Shown one piece after another: positions 49,088 through 62,100 of a DNA stretch of 64,000 bases. The DNA lies in the NCBI RefSeq assembly GCF_902713615.1, contig NC_052149.1:127165256-127229255 (forward strand), in the 5' to 3' direction. The notes under the pieces are model-generated. The model saw nothing but the letters and a program-made list of their open reading frames with translations. It ran no database searches and was not told where the DNA came from. Numbering within the stretch: position 1 is the stretch's first letter; the number at the start of each line of letters is the position of its first letter. This stretch comes from Scyliorhinus canicula. Lineage: Eukaryota. Made by a program: the position numbers and the translations under genes.

Positions 49088-50615
49088 AGAGTTTGGAAAA
49101 AGGACACAACATACAAACTTTTTCAGAGAACTGAATTTATTAATCTGGCCCTCAGCTGTGACATTGGAACCGGACAGCGGGAGATAAACAAAGATCCAGA
49201 GGCAGAGACCCTTCTTGGACAGGAGGTACGGGAAGCACAATAACATTTCTGATCAGTTTACCACAGGAAGATAATAATGGAACATATCGGTGGGGAGCAG
49301 TGGGGGAGGGGGGCAATATATATTCCTGGGAGTGGGAAAGAGTGGGTGGGTGGACCAGGTCGGATCCCGGAGATATCTGGTTCTGAGCTCCAATAGGCCC
49401 CTTCTAATGACAACATGAGAATGTTGTGCTGAATCTCAGCATCACATCATCTGCCCCTGTAATACCCTGAAACACATCAGTAATGATTCTGTCACTGTGC
49501 TGTCAGTTAAACCTCTTGAAGGGGCTTTCAAGACAGTCCAAACCTGCCCTACACAGGGCAGCTTTCTGATGGATTTATTCACTGATTTTATTGACCTTTA
49601 TTTAGCCGGGTGGGTCAATTGTGAACCAATTCTCATTTACAACAACAACCTGGACAAGAGGCTAACATCACAGCAACAGGAATTACAAAATACAATTCAT
49701 TGAAACAGGAAAAACAATCAAATACAAATGAGCAGTGAAAGAGAATTGACAGTTTATCCAGTACAAGTATCAGTTAACAGAGCTTTAACCCTTCAGTGAA
49801 AGGCCATGGACAGGATGAGATTGCGATCCGGAGGATTAGAGAGTGAGAATGATCACACCTTCTGCTTACAGATCACTGACTCCTTTACGATGGAGAACTT
49901 TCATCGTGTGGGTAGATCCCTCACTGGTTCTGTATTCAGCCCATGGAGGGACGGTGTGTTAAACATCGACGACACCCCAGGCCGAATGGCTTGGGTAGCG
50001 GTGGAGAGGAGCCTGACCACAACCAGGAGGTTGATGGAACAACACTGTGGAATATTCCCAAGGGGAAGGGTTCAGGTGAACCACACCACAGGGAATGCTG
50101 GGAAACTGGAGGATTCAGCTGGAAATGGAATCAGGATGGAGAGAATGCCGTAGAAATGGTGGGAAGGAGGGAGCGCGGCAGCAACTGGTACATCTGTTAC
50201 AGTCTTAATATTCGGTCTATGTGTTTGCTGTTATCCGAGACTGTTTGTATCCAAAGTGGTTCAGATGGGAATGTTGGCCAATAAAGGGTCCACATTAGAA
50301 TCCAATGTGTCTGAAATTCCCCTCCCTGGGAATACACAAAAATCAGCAACATTTATGAAGGTTTTGCAATTTAAGGAAATGATGGTTCTGGGCCCAGTTC
50401 AGGTTATTGGAACTTAGACAAAGCTGTCAGAGAACAGCAGGACAGCAAACCTGAATCCCACTGGACTCTAGTAGGATCTGAGAGCCAATAACGGGTGAAT
50501 AGTCTTGGGGATGTCCGGCCTGGGCCGGGTAGAGCCTGACCAGGGGTCCAAAGGAGGGACTTAAGTGGGGTAACTGAAATGAACACATATTTGGATTGAT
50601 GTTTAAACATTCATT

Positions 50616-52662
50616 GCCCCGTGTCCCCCTTGCTTTTTGCGTTGGCAATTGAGCCTCTGGCCATGGCGCTCAGGGAGTCGGGGAGGTGGAGGGGTCTGGT
50701 GCAGGGTGGGGAGGAGCACCGAGTGTCGCTGTATGCGGACGACTTGCTGCTGTATGTAGCAGATCCGGTAGGGGGAATGCCGGAGGTGATGGAGATTCTT
50801 GCTGAGTTTGGGAGTTTCTCGGGCTATAAGTTGAACCTGGGCAAGAGTGAGCTGTTTGTCATACACCCGGGAGATCAGGAGGAGGGGATTGGTAGGCTCC
50901 CTCTAAAGAGGGCAGTGAGGAGTTTTAGGTACCTGAGGGTTCAGGTGGCTAGGAGCTGGGGGATTCTGCACAAGCTCAATTTTACTAGGTTGGTGGAGCA
51001 GATGGAGGAGGAATTTAAAAGGTGGGACATGCTGCCGCTGTCGTTGCCGGGTAGAGTACAGTCCGTTAAAATGACGGTGCTCCCGAGGTTTTTGTTTTTG
51101 TTTCAGTGCCTCCCCATTTTCATTCCGAGGGCCTCTTTTAGGAGGGTGAACAGCAGCATTCTGGGATTTGTTTGGGCGCACAGGACTCCGAGGGTGAGGA
51201 GGGTCTTTTTGGAGCGGGGCAGGGATAGAGGGGGGCTGGCGCTGCCCAACCTCTCTGGGTACTATTGGGCGGCTAATGTCTCGATGGTACGCAAGTGGGT
51301 AATGGATGGGGAGGGGGCAGCATGGAAATGGATGGAGATGGCGTCCTGTGGAGGCACGAGCCTGAAGGCACTGGTAACGGCGCCGTTGCCGCTCCCTCCA
51401 ATGAAGTACACTACGAGCCCGGTGGTGGCGGCTACCCTCAAGATTTGGGGGCAGTGGAGGTGACACAGGGGGGAAGTGGGGGGCTCGGTGGAGGCCCCGC
51501 TGCAGGGGAACCACCGGTTTGTCCCAGGGAACATTGATGGCGGGTTCCTGGGGTGGCACGAGGCAGGCATAAGGAGGTTGGGAGACCTGTTCATTGACGG
51601 GAGGTTTGCGAGCCTGGGTGAGCTGGAGGTGAAGTTTGAGCTCCCCCCGGGGAATATGTTCAGGTACCTTCAGGTCAAGGCGTTTGCTAGGCGGCAGGTG
51701 GAGGGGTTCCCTTCGCTGTCCCCGTGGGGGGTAAGGGATAGGGTGCTCTCGGGGGTGTGGGTCGGGGATGGGAAGGTGTCTGACATCTACCAGGTGATGC
51801 AGGAGGGGGAGGAGGCGTCGGTAGATGAGCTGAAGGCTAAGTGGGAAGTGGAGCTGGGGGAGCAGATTGAGGAGGGGACATGGGCGGACGCCCTGGAGAG
51901 GGTGAACTCCTCCTCTTCATGTGCGAGGCTTAGCCTCATCCAGTTCAAGGTACTGCACAGGGCTCATATGTCCAGGATGAGGATGAGTAGGTTTTTTGGG
52001 GGTGAGGACAGGTGCATTAGGTGTTCGAGGAGCCCAGCGAACCATGCCCATATGTTTTGGGCATGCCCAGCACTGGGGGAATTCTGGAAGGGGGTAGCAA
52101 GGATGGTGTCGAGGGTGGTAGGATCCAGGGTCAAATCAGGCTGGGGACTCACGATATTTGGGGTTGGGGTGGAGCCGGGAGTGCAGGAGGCGAAAGAGGC
52201 TGGTGTTTTGGCCTTTACGTCCCTAGTAGCCCGGCGGAGGATCTTGTTGCAATGGAAAGGTGCGAGATCCCCAAGTGTGGAGACTTGGATCAATGACATG
52301 GCGGGATTCATTAAGCTGGAGAAGGTCAAATTCGCCCTGAGGGGGTCGGTACAAGGGTTCTTTAGGCGGTGGCAGCCTTTCCCCGACTTTCTGGCTCAAA
52401 GATAGGGAACTAGGCCGGCGGCAGCAGCAACCCGGGGGGGAGGGGGGGAAAAGGGGGGGTGGTTTCAGGGGGGCATTGTTTATGTTAATTTAATTTATTG
52501 TTAATTTATTTTGTTTTTTATTGGGTTTTGGGGGGGGGGGGGGTTTGTTATATGCGTTGTTATGGTGCCGGGGGGTGTTTATTATGGTTATTGTTGTTAT
52601 TATTATTATTGTTTTGTTGTTATACATGTTTCAAAAATCTCAGTAAAAATTATTTAAAAAAA
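50616..52662 (+). mobile_element. 5'-truncated L1-clade LINE with poly(A) tail
   Basis: RT SLYADD through the C-terminal Cys/His motif; 11-bp TSD AAACATTCATT at 50605-50615 and 52663-52673; TTT/AAA target; same family as 19660-21047. Confidence 0.95.
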
Positions 52663-53711
52663 AAACATTCATTAATAGCTTTAGAATAGACAACTGTGAT
52701 GAGAGCTCTTTATAGACATGATGGGAAATTTAGCCACTGCTATAGGCCTAATGGGAACCTTAGCCAAGGATAGTTCCAGAGGCAGATGTCCCAGCAGTTA
52801 TAACAATAACAACTTTCACAGACATTCATTGCTGAACAGGCCAAGAAGGAGATCAGGGGAAACTGAAGACCAGGCCCAAGGCCGAGGTGTGGGATAATGG
52901 GAACATGTGCTGATGGTGTGATGAATGGAGGAATTTAGGAATATTTCATCCTAAATATTGGGGCAATGTCAGGGTTAAAAGATTGGGGTTTATAGTGTGT
53001 TTGACTGCAGGGCTCATGGTTTTAAAAGGATTTTGCTTTGCCTCGCCTGGGAGCTTTTAGGAGCCGGAAGGTGAATTTGAACATAGTAAGAAGTCTTACA
53101 ACACCAGGTTAAAGTCCAACAGGTTTGATTCAAACACGAGCTTTCGGAGCGCGGCTCCTTCCTCAAATTGAACATAGGAATGTATTTTCATTCTGAGCTA
53201 ATGCAGTGTAGTTTGACTGGGGAAATTCTCTGGGAAGTTAATGTACTTTCAGCCTGGAGAGGTAATTTATTCATCAGCTTGGGGTGATGATGCCAAATAA
53301 TAATAAATAATGCCAAATCTCTATTTCTTCATGCAATCACTCCTGGACTTCATCATTCTTTCCGCCTAGTCTTATAAAATTAACTAAAATATGGAGTTAG
53401 AGTTAGGTTTAGGGTTAGGGTTAGGTCCTAGCCACTGTTGGGGTCGGGTCTGGAGTCGTAATAATGGAATGGTCAGGTTAGTGAAGGAATTAATAAGAAA
53501 CATTCTAATGAAACACAGCAAAATAAGAACTATAAATATTTGTTACAAAGCCTGTGTCACTGAGAGAGGCACCATCACAGACTGAGGTTTGCTCTCTCCA
53601 GAATTTGCTTGAATAAATAATTACTGACAGGAAACTCACAGATTCAGTCAATTGGGATTTTCTGAAAACATTCGATATGATGATGCGCGAGAGTTAGTGA
53701 CAAAGGATCAA

Positions 53712-54365
53712 GGATTGGATTCTCTGCTTCACGAAGCTGTGAACGCAAATCTGGAAATTGAAAAATCTCTCCAATTTTGAGACTATCTCCTGAGGTCGGC
53801 ATGGGAATGATGGCATCATACGACCGAAAAATCGCCGCAAAAGGCCACTGATCCTCCATGTAGATGGGGTCTAGCATCAAAGCAGCGTTGAGCACCCGGC
53901 TCTAGCTGCCGTTACGGCCGGAGAATTGCCGGGTCCATGGATGCGCATGCAAACGGCAGCGGCCTGCAGCAGTCGCGCATGCAACATGGCACCGGCCCCA
54001 CGTGGACCCGGCCTGCCAAATATTGCTCAACCTTTGGCCAGGCTTGCGACACCTGGACAGTGTCCCCAGCCGCTGCCAAAGTGCCCCCTGCCGCGGATCG
54101 TCTCTCCTACGACTGTAGCGGCCCTGGATTGAGTCCGCAACCACAGAGACCCACGCCGTCGGGAACCCGGCCAGTCGGGGTCGGAGCATTCGGGGGCGGG
54201 CCTCAGGTAACGTCGATACGCCACGCGGCGTACTCCTAGAGTGCACCGCTTTGGAGGGGGCAGGACATCGCGAAAACGGAGCCACTCCCAATTTCGGCGC
54301 AAACGGGGATTTTCCGGCCAATCGCTAAACGCGATTTTGATGTCGGAGACCGGAGAATCCCGCCC
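53712..54365. mobile_element. PIF/Harbinger-type MITE
   Basis: 3' TIR GGAGAATCCCGCCC; degenerate 5' TIR; similar to 44747-45250. Confidence 0.65.
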
Positions 54366-54575
54366 CAGATTCCCCCGACACGAATTCCAATACCATGCTC
54401 CAGTCCCTCGCTGGTAGCGAAATCCTCTTCACAAAAGTCACGCGGGCGTGAATTGTGCAAGTATTTACCGGCGGGGCCTGGGCGCCATGGCTGCTGAGGG
54501 GGAACGAGAAGGTGAGGAAATTTTTAAAAACTCTCCAAAATTGTCAGGCTTGTTGAGGGGGGTGTCTGCCAGGGC

Positions 54576-54609
<34 letters not shown>

Positions 54610-55488
54610 GTAGCGGGAGTGACTTGGTGACAGGTCCATGCACTCGGAGTGTCCCCTCGAGATCAGGGTGGCCAAGCTCAGACCCCCATTGCTGCAGTCA
54701 GTGTTTTAAACACACCCCTTTGCTGCTACTTACAGGCCCCTGACTTCACTCTGCTGACTGCTCATTGTGTTCTGTAAATGTTCACAGAGCCTCTGGTCAT
54801 CTGGGAACCCACCCAGGCCGTCCCTCTGGAAACCCTCAGACCCCAGCTGGCCCATCAACAGGGTGGACGTGGCCAAGCTCACTCAGGGGCCCACCAGGTG
54901 CTGTCACTCCTCAGTGAACTCACCAGAAGCCCAGCCCCACTGCAGGGGAAGCAGGGGAATAGCAGAACTCACCCCAGACAAAGGACACATGCACTGTGGC
55001 CTTTAACACCCTCCCTGGCACAGTGCCCCTCTCAGGGCAGGGGCCTCACCAGCCCACCCCTCAGGACCACCAGCTGTCTCCAAGCCCTGCCTGCCCACCG
55101 TGCCCCTGCTCCCATCCATCCTGCCCCCGGTCAGGTTGCCACCACCTGTGTGTCACACCCAGGACCCACATCACACTGCAGCTACACTCCCAGCAGACGC
55201 ACACTTCCCTCACTCACCCCCATCTGTAGGGCCTTCCCACACACAAATCTCCAGTGTGGACGCGATTGGTGGCACATGGTGACCTCCACCACTGCACAAC
55301 CAGGTGCCACCCTGCTGGCAGGATAACACGCGACCCAGCCAGTGAGGGGAAACAGAACCAGTACCCCTGTTGACAGTGACAGGTGGTGAAGACAGAGGAT
55401 CCCCACATCACAGGCCCAGTGCCACTCACTGATGGGGACAGGGCTGCAGTAAGGACAGCATCATATTTGGTGAGGGATGGGAGTGGGG

Positions 55489-55524
<36 letters not shown>

Positions 55525-56117
55525 GACGTGTTGAGGCTGGTGCTGCAGTATATCTAAGGGCTAGCATGTAACCTGTTGCCATTGGATGGGTGAGGGGATG
55601 CTCATCTTGCTAACATGTCTTCCCTTTCCCCCCCTGCGGAGAATGAAGTTCGGAGTATAGACAACAGCAATGCTGACTATCTACCTGGCCACAGCTGGCA
55701 CTGCAGGTGCACAGAGACTGGGGGAATAGTGCCTGCTCGAGGAGGACCCGGCACAAGTGGAGCCTGCCCAAGGGGCCAGATGGTGAGGCTCAAGTGTCGG
55801 CTGTTCAACAGGCTGAGCAGCAGGTGTGAAGGAGGCGCTGATTCAGGGCACGTGTATATCATTGGCGCCTGTCCTTCGAGGAGCTGCTGGACCCCTTGTG
55901 CCACCACAGACTTCGGCTAACCAGTGAGATGATGGGCCACCTGGGCCAGATGGTGGTACACCTGGCACCCTGGGGTTTTGGAGGAGGGCACCTGCTTCTG
56001 GTGGCCGTCATAAAGCTCTGGATTTTTCCAGGGCATGAGCGGGAACTTGTGCAAACATCCATACACAGGTGTTTCTGCAATGTAATGGATGCCCTATGTG
56101 CCCGGGTATCAGGTTAT

Positions 56118-59100
56118 TGTGGTAGCCACCACTGTTGTATATATTAGGTGATTTGTGGTAAGGCCCTGTGCTACAGATACGGGGGTAGTTTCCTGCCTGC
56201 TGGCTCCGCCCAGTAGGCGGAGGATAAATATGTGTGCTCCCTGTACAGCAGCCATTTCGCCAGCTGCTGTAGGAGGCCACACATCTTAGTATAATAAAGC
56301 CTCGATTACATTCAACTCTTGTCTTTATGTAATTGATCGTGCATCAATTTATTATACTAAAGTTTTCAGAAGATGGACCTCCGCATCAAACGGGATTGCC
56401 TGCAGCTGTATCCGCAAGCAGACAATGCCGAAAAGGACTTTGAACATTGGCTAGCCTGTTTTGAAGCTTACATCGGGTCTGTGCCAGACCCAATTCCGGA
56501 AGCTCAGAAGATTCAGATCCTCCACACGCGGCTGAGCTCAAACGTCTTTCCGCTTATCCAGGATCCGCCGACCAACGAAGACGCCATGGTGCTACTGAAA
56601 GAAAGCTACGCTCAGCGGACGAACATGCTTTACGCCAGACACATTCTCTCCACGTGTAGTCAACTCCCTGGTGAGTCAGTAGAAGATTTCTGGCGTGCTC
56701 TAATTCCCCTAGTCAGAGACTGTGACTGTCAGGCCGTCACGGCCACGGGACACTCGAACTTACTGATGAGAGACGCTTTTGTTAGGGGGATAGGGTCAGA
56801 TTACATCCGGCAGCACGTCTTAGAAGGGGCCACACTCGACCTCGCGGCTATCAAAAAGCTTGCGCTCTCGCTGAAAGTCGCCTCGTGCAACATCCAGGCC
56901 TACACCCCCGGCCGCGCAGCCCACCCCTCCTACGCATCGTGGACTCCGCAGACGGCCACCCCATCGGGGACCCCACTCAGCCAACCCCATGCCTGTGCCT
57001 CGCGCCCACCAACCAACCCCGGGGCCCCAAATGTTACTTCTGTGGGCAGCCAAAACATCCCCGACAATGCAGCCCGGCCCTGAGCACCCTTTGCAAGGCC
57101 TGCGGCAAGAAGGGGCACTTCGCAGCGGTGTGCCAGGCTCGCTCAGTCGCCACTATTGTTCCGACCTCCCCCACATATGGCCAGTGGGGGCCGCCATCTT
57201 CCCCTCCTCGGACCACGTGCGGCCCGTGGCACCGCCATCGTACCAGGACCCATGTCCCCCGGCATCCCATCATCAGCCACCATCGACGATCAGCCACGTC
57301 TCGCCTCGGTCACGATTGACCAGTCTTGCCCACGCAACCTAGCAACTGTCTCCACCAACGTGAAAATCGATGGGCACGCGATCCCGTGCCTGCTGGACTC
57401 CGGGAGCACCGAGAGCTTGATCCATCTCGATACAGTAAGGCACTGCTACCTCGCGGTACACCCCGCTAACCAGAGAATCTCCCTGACCTCCGGATCCCAC
57501 TCCGTGGCGATCGGGGGTACTGCATGATGCTTGTTCAATGACTACAGAAGCGAGATTGGATGGCAATTGAAGGCTTTATTGGACTAGATGTTTCCCCCAG
57601 CAGCGCAGGTACAGAATGCAGCAGCTGGGGAGACACAGGCTCTTATACTCCACCTTACTGGGGTGAACCAGCAGGCAAGCTTCACCAATGATATTGCTGC
57701 CTCAGGTACCTCCCACACCAATGGCCTTACAGCATCAACCTGGGAACCTGGGTACTGTCATACCCCTAATACCAACTACCACATTCACCCCCTGTTAAAA
57801 AAAGAGTCCGGCGGGGGGGGGGGGGGGGGGGGGGGGGGTGGTTCGCGTTATACAGTGGTAGAGGTTGAGGTTATGGTGGTACCCGTTATACAGTGGTACA
57901 GTGTTTTGCCTTGTTACATGTCACAACTATTTACAGTATTTATTTACATGTACATCTCAAAATGAAGCAATTAGTCGATTGGGGGCCCTGGTCGTCCTCT
58001 GTGACCGTCGCAGTTTCAGCGGTGATGCAGGTGCCAGCTCGGGCATCCGTGGCTCCGGGAGCGTGGCTTTGGCTTCTTCGGTAGCTTCATCACCCCTGGG
58101 TGGGACCAGTGGGAGAACCGATCCACCTGGGAGCGGCTGTGGGGTGCGCCAGAATGAGGGAGGGTGGGTAGGTCGGGGGGGGGGGGGGGGGTGTGGGTGG
58201 GCATCCAGCAGTCGGCAGGTCCCGTAGGGAGACCCTATCCTGCCGGCCGTCGGGGTACGCCACGTAGGCGTACTGAGGGTTAGCGTGAAGGAGGTGGACC
58301 CTCCTGGCCAATGGGTCCGACTTGTGTGCCCGCACATGTTTGCGGAGCAGAATGGGTCCAGGAGCTGCCAGCCAGGTTGGGAGCGAGGTCCCGGAGGAGG
58401 ACTTCCTAGGGAAGACAAGGAGACGTTCGTGAGGTGTTTGGTTGGTTGTGGTACACAGCAGTGATCGGATGGAGTGGAGTGCATCGGGAAGGACCTCCTG
58501 CCAGCAGGAGAATGGGAGATTCCTGGACCATAGGGCCAGGGGGACAGTCTTCCAGGCCGTTCCATTCTCCCTCTCTACCTGTCCATTTCCCCAGGGGTTA
58601 GAACTGGCCTTCCTGCTCGAGGCAATGCCCTTGCTGAGCAGGAATTAACGCAGTTCATCACTCATGAAGGAGGACCCCCTATCGCTATGAATGTAGGCAG
58701 GGAATCCGAACAGGGAGAAAATGCTTTGGAAGGCTTTATGACGGTGGCTGCGGTCATGTCGGGGCAGGGGATGGCAAATGGGAACCGGGAGTACTCGTCA
58801 ATCACATTCAGGAAGTACGTGCTGCGGTCGGTGGAGGGGAGGGGCCCTTTGAAGTCCATACTGAGGAGTTCAAAGGAACCTTTCAAAGCCATGGATTGGA
58901 TTAGTGGACGGGCCTTGTCCGCATAATTGGGGACCCACTGGGCGTAATATGAAAAAAATCCCAGGCAGCGTTTCAGGGCCTTGGAGCAGTGGGGGAGGGG
59001 AAACTCCATGAGGGGGCGCATGCGTTCGGGGTCTGGGCCTGTAACTCCATCATGCATTATGTAGCCGAGGATGGCTGGACGGTCTGTGCGGAACACACAT

Positions 59101-62100
59101 TTGTCCTTGTTGTCGGTGAGATTAAGGATTTTTACGGTATGGAGGAATTTGCGGAGGTTGGTTTCGTGGTCCTGCTGGTCGTGGCCGCAGATGGTGACAT
59201 TATTGAGATACAGAAACGTGGCCCGCAAACCGTACCGGTCAACCATTCAGTCCATCTCCCGTTGGAAGACCGAGACTCCGTTTGTGACACCGAAGGGAAA
59301 CCTTAGAAAGTGGTAGAGCCGCCCATCTGCTTCGAATGCAGTGTATTTACGGTCGCTAGGGCAGATGGGGAGCTGATGGTAGGCGGGCTTGAGGTAAACC
59401 GTGGAAAAGACCTTGTATTGTGCAATCTGATTGACCAGATCAGATATGCGGGGGAGAGGGTATGCGTTGAGCTGCGTATACCTGTTGATGGTCTGACTAT
59501 AATTGATGACCATCCTGTGCTTCTCCCCGGTCTTTCCAACCACTACTTGAGCTCTCCAGGGGCTGTTGCTGGCCTCGATAATACCTTCCTTCAGTAACCG
59601 CTGGACATCCAACCTAATGAAGGTCCGGTCCTGGGCACTGTACCGTCTGCTCCTGGTGGCGACGGGTTTGCAATCCGAGGTGAGGTTCGCAAAAAGGGAT
59701 GGCGGCTCGACCTTGAGGGTCGCGAGGCTGCAGACAGTGAGGGGGGAGGGGCGGCCGAATTTAAAGGTTAAGCTCTGGAGGTTGCATTGGAAGTCTAACC
59801 CTAGGAGCGTGGCAGCGCAGAGGTGAGGGAGGACGTAGAGTCGGAAATTTTTAATTCTCTTCCCTGGACTGTGAGGTTAGCTACGCAGAACACTTTGATC
59901 TCTACAGAGTGAGAGCCGGAGGCCAGGGAAATTCTTTGGTTAACTGGGTGTATGGGAAGAGAACAGCGCCATACCGTGTTGGGGTGTATGAAGCTCTCTG
60001 TGCTCCTGGAGTCAATCAGGCAGGATGTTTTGCGCCCGTTGATGAGCACGGTCGTCGTCACGGTCAAGAGCGTTCGGGGCCAAGACTGGTCCAGGGTCGC
60101 TGACGCGAGTCCTGGTAAAAGTTGAAGATTTTCCTCGGAGGGTGTGTGGTCATCCGAGTTGATCCGGGTTGCACATGGCTGGGGGTGGGCAAGGTGGCGG
60201 TGCCCACGCATCGCATATGGTCCCTGGGGAACAAGATTGCGGCACCTGGGGCCCGCACGTGGCTCGGGAAAGCGAAGATGGCGGCGCCCGCTGCCCGCAC
60301 GTGGCCCATGGATAGAGTTGTGGTGGCGGCCGTGGTTCGCCCCCGGAGACAGCAGCGACCGCCCGGGCCTGGAATACAACCATGAAATGGCCCTTTATGC
60401 CGCACCCTTTGCAGGTGGAGGAGCGGGTCGGGCAGATCTGCCGGGGGTGCTTAGCCTGCCCGCAAAACTAACAGCGGGGCACCCCGGGGTTGCGTGGTAG
60501 CCATGCGGCACAAGCTTGTGGGGGGATGGGGGATGCATCGGAGTCGGCCGCGGGGGGTTCCACTCTGCCCAAGGGGCTGCCGTGCAGTCGGTGACATTCG
60601 CACAGGCGTTTCGGGCAGCCATATCCAGGGAGCTAGCAAGGGCCTGTGCCTACTTGAGGCCTAGTGTCTCTTTCTCCAGCAACCACTGATGGATTTGGGA
60701 GGACAGCATACCTACAACGAATGCGTCCCGGATTAAAAGTTCTGTGTGGTCGCTGGCTGAAACTTGCGGACAGTCACAGTTCCTACCTAACACCACGAGC
60801 GCACGGTAGAATTCACCCAGCGATTCCCTGGGGATTTGCCGCCTCGTCGCTAGCAGATGTCGGGCGTAGACCTGGTTTACTGGGCGAATATAGTGTCCTT
60901 TCAACAGGGCCATCGCGGCCTTGAAATTGTCCGCATCCTCGGTGAGGGTGTAGATCTCTGGGCTCACCATCGAGTGAAGAACTTGCATCTTCTGGTCCTC
61001 CGTGGGTGTAGTTGTGGCCATTCTGCGGTACCCGTTGAAGCACGCCAGCCAGTGTTTGAAGGTTGCCGCTGAGTTTGCCGCGTGGGGGTTGAGTTGCAGA
61101 CACTCCGGCTTGATTCGGAGCTCCATTCTTTAAAATCTAGTCCAATAAATTGATGCTTGACCAATGACTCCAGAAGTGAGATTGGACGACAATTGAAGGC
61201 TTTATTGGACTAGATGTTTCCCCAGCAGCGCAGGTACAGAATGCAGCTGCTGGGGAGACACAGGCTATTATACTCTGCCTTACTGGCGGAACCAGCAGAC
61301 AGGCTTCACCAATGATCTTGCTGTCTCAGGTACCTCCCACACCAATGGTCTTACAGCATCAATCTGGGTACCGTAATACCTCTAATACTGACTACCACAC
61401 TACATACCACTCTCACTGTCCAGGGCGTAGAATTCAGCGGCTCCCGCCTCTACGTCCTCCCTAATCTCTGCGCTGCCCTGCTACTCGGCCTGGACTTCCA
61501 GTGTAACCTCCAGAGCCTAACATTGAAATTCGGCGGGCCCCTACCACCCCTTACTGTGTGCGGCCTTGCGCCCTCAAGGTCGACCCACCTTCCCTATTTG
61601 CAAACTTAACCCCAGATTGCAAACCCGGCGCCACCAGGAGCAGACGGTACAGCACCCAGGACAGGACCTTCAACAGGTCTGAAATCCAGCGGCTGCTTCG
61701 GGAAGGCATCATTGAGGCCAGCAACAGCCCCTGGAGGGCCCAAGTGGTAGTTGTAAAAACCTGGGAGAAACATAGAATGGTCGTGGACTACAGCCAGACC
61801 ATCAATCGGTACACGCAACTCGACGCTCCCACGCATATCTGATATGGTCAATCAGATTGCTCAGTACTGGGTCTTCTCAACTGTAGACCATAAATCCACC
61901 TACCACCAGCTCCCCATCCGTAAGGCGGACCGCCCACACACTGCCTTCAAGGCAGACGGCCGCCTTTATCACTTTGTTAGGGTTCCCTTTGGCGTCACCA
62001 ACGGGGTCTCGGTTTTCCAACGGGAAACGGACCGAATGGTTGACCGGTACGGGCTGAGGGCCAGTTTTCCATACCTAGACAATGTCACTATCTGCGGCCA

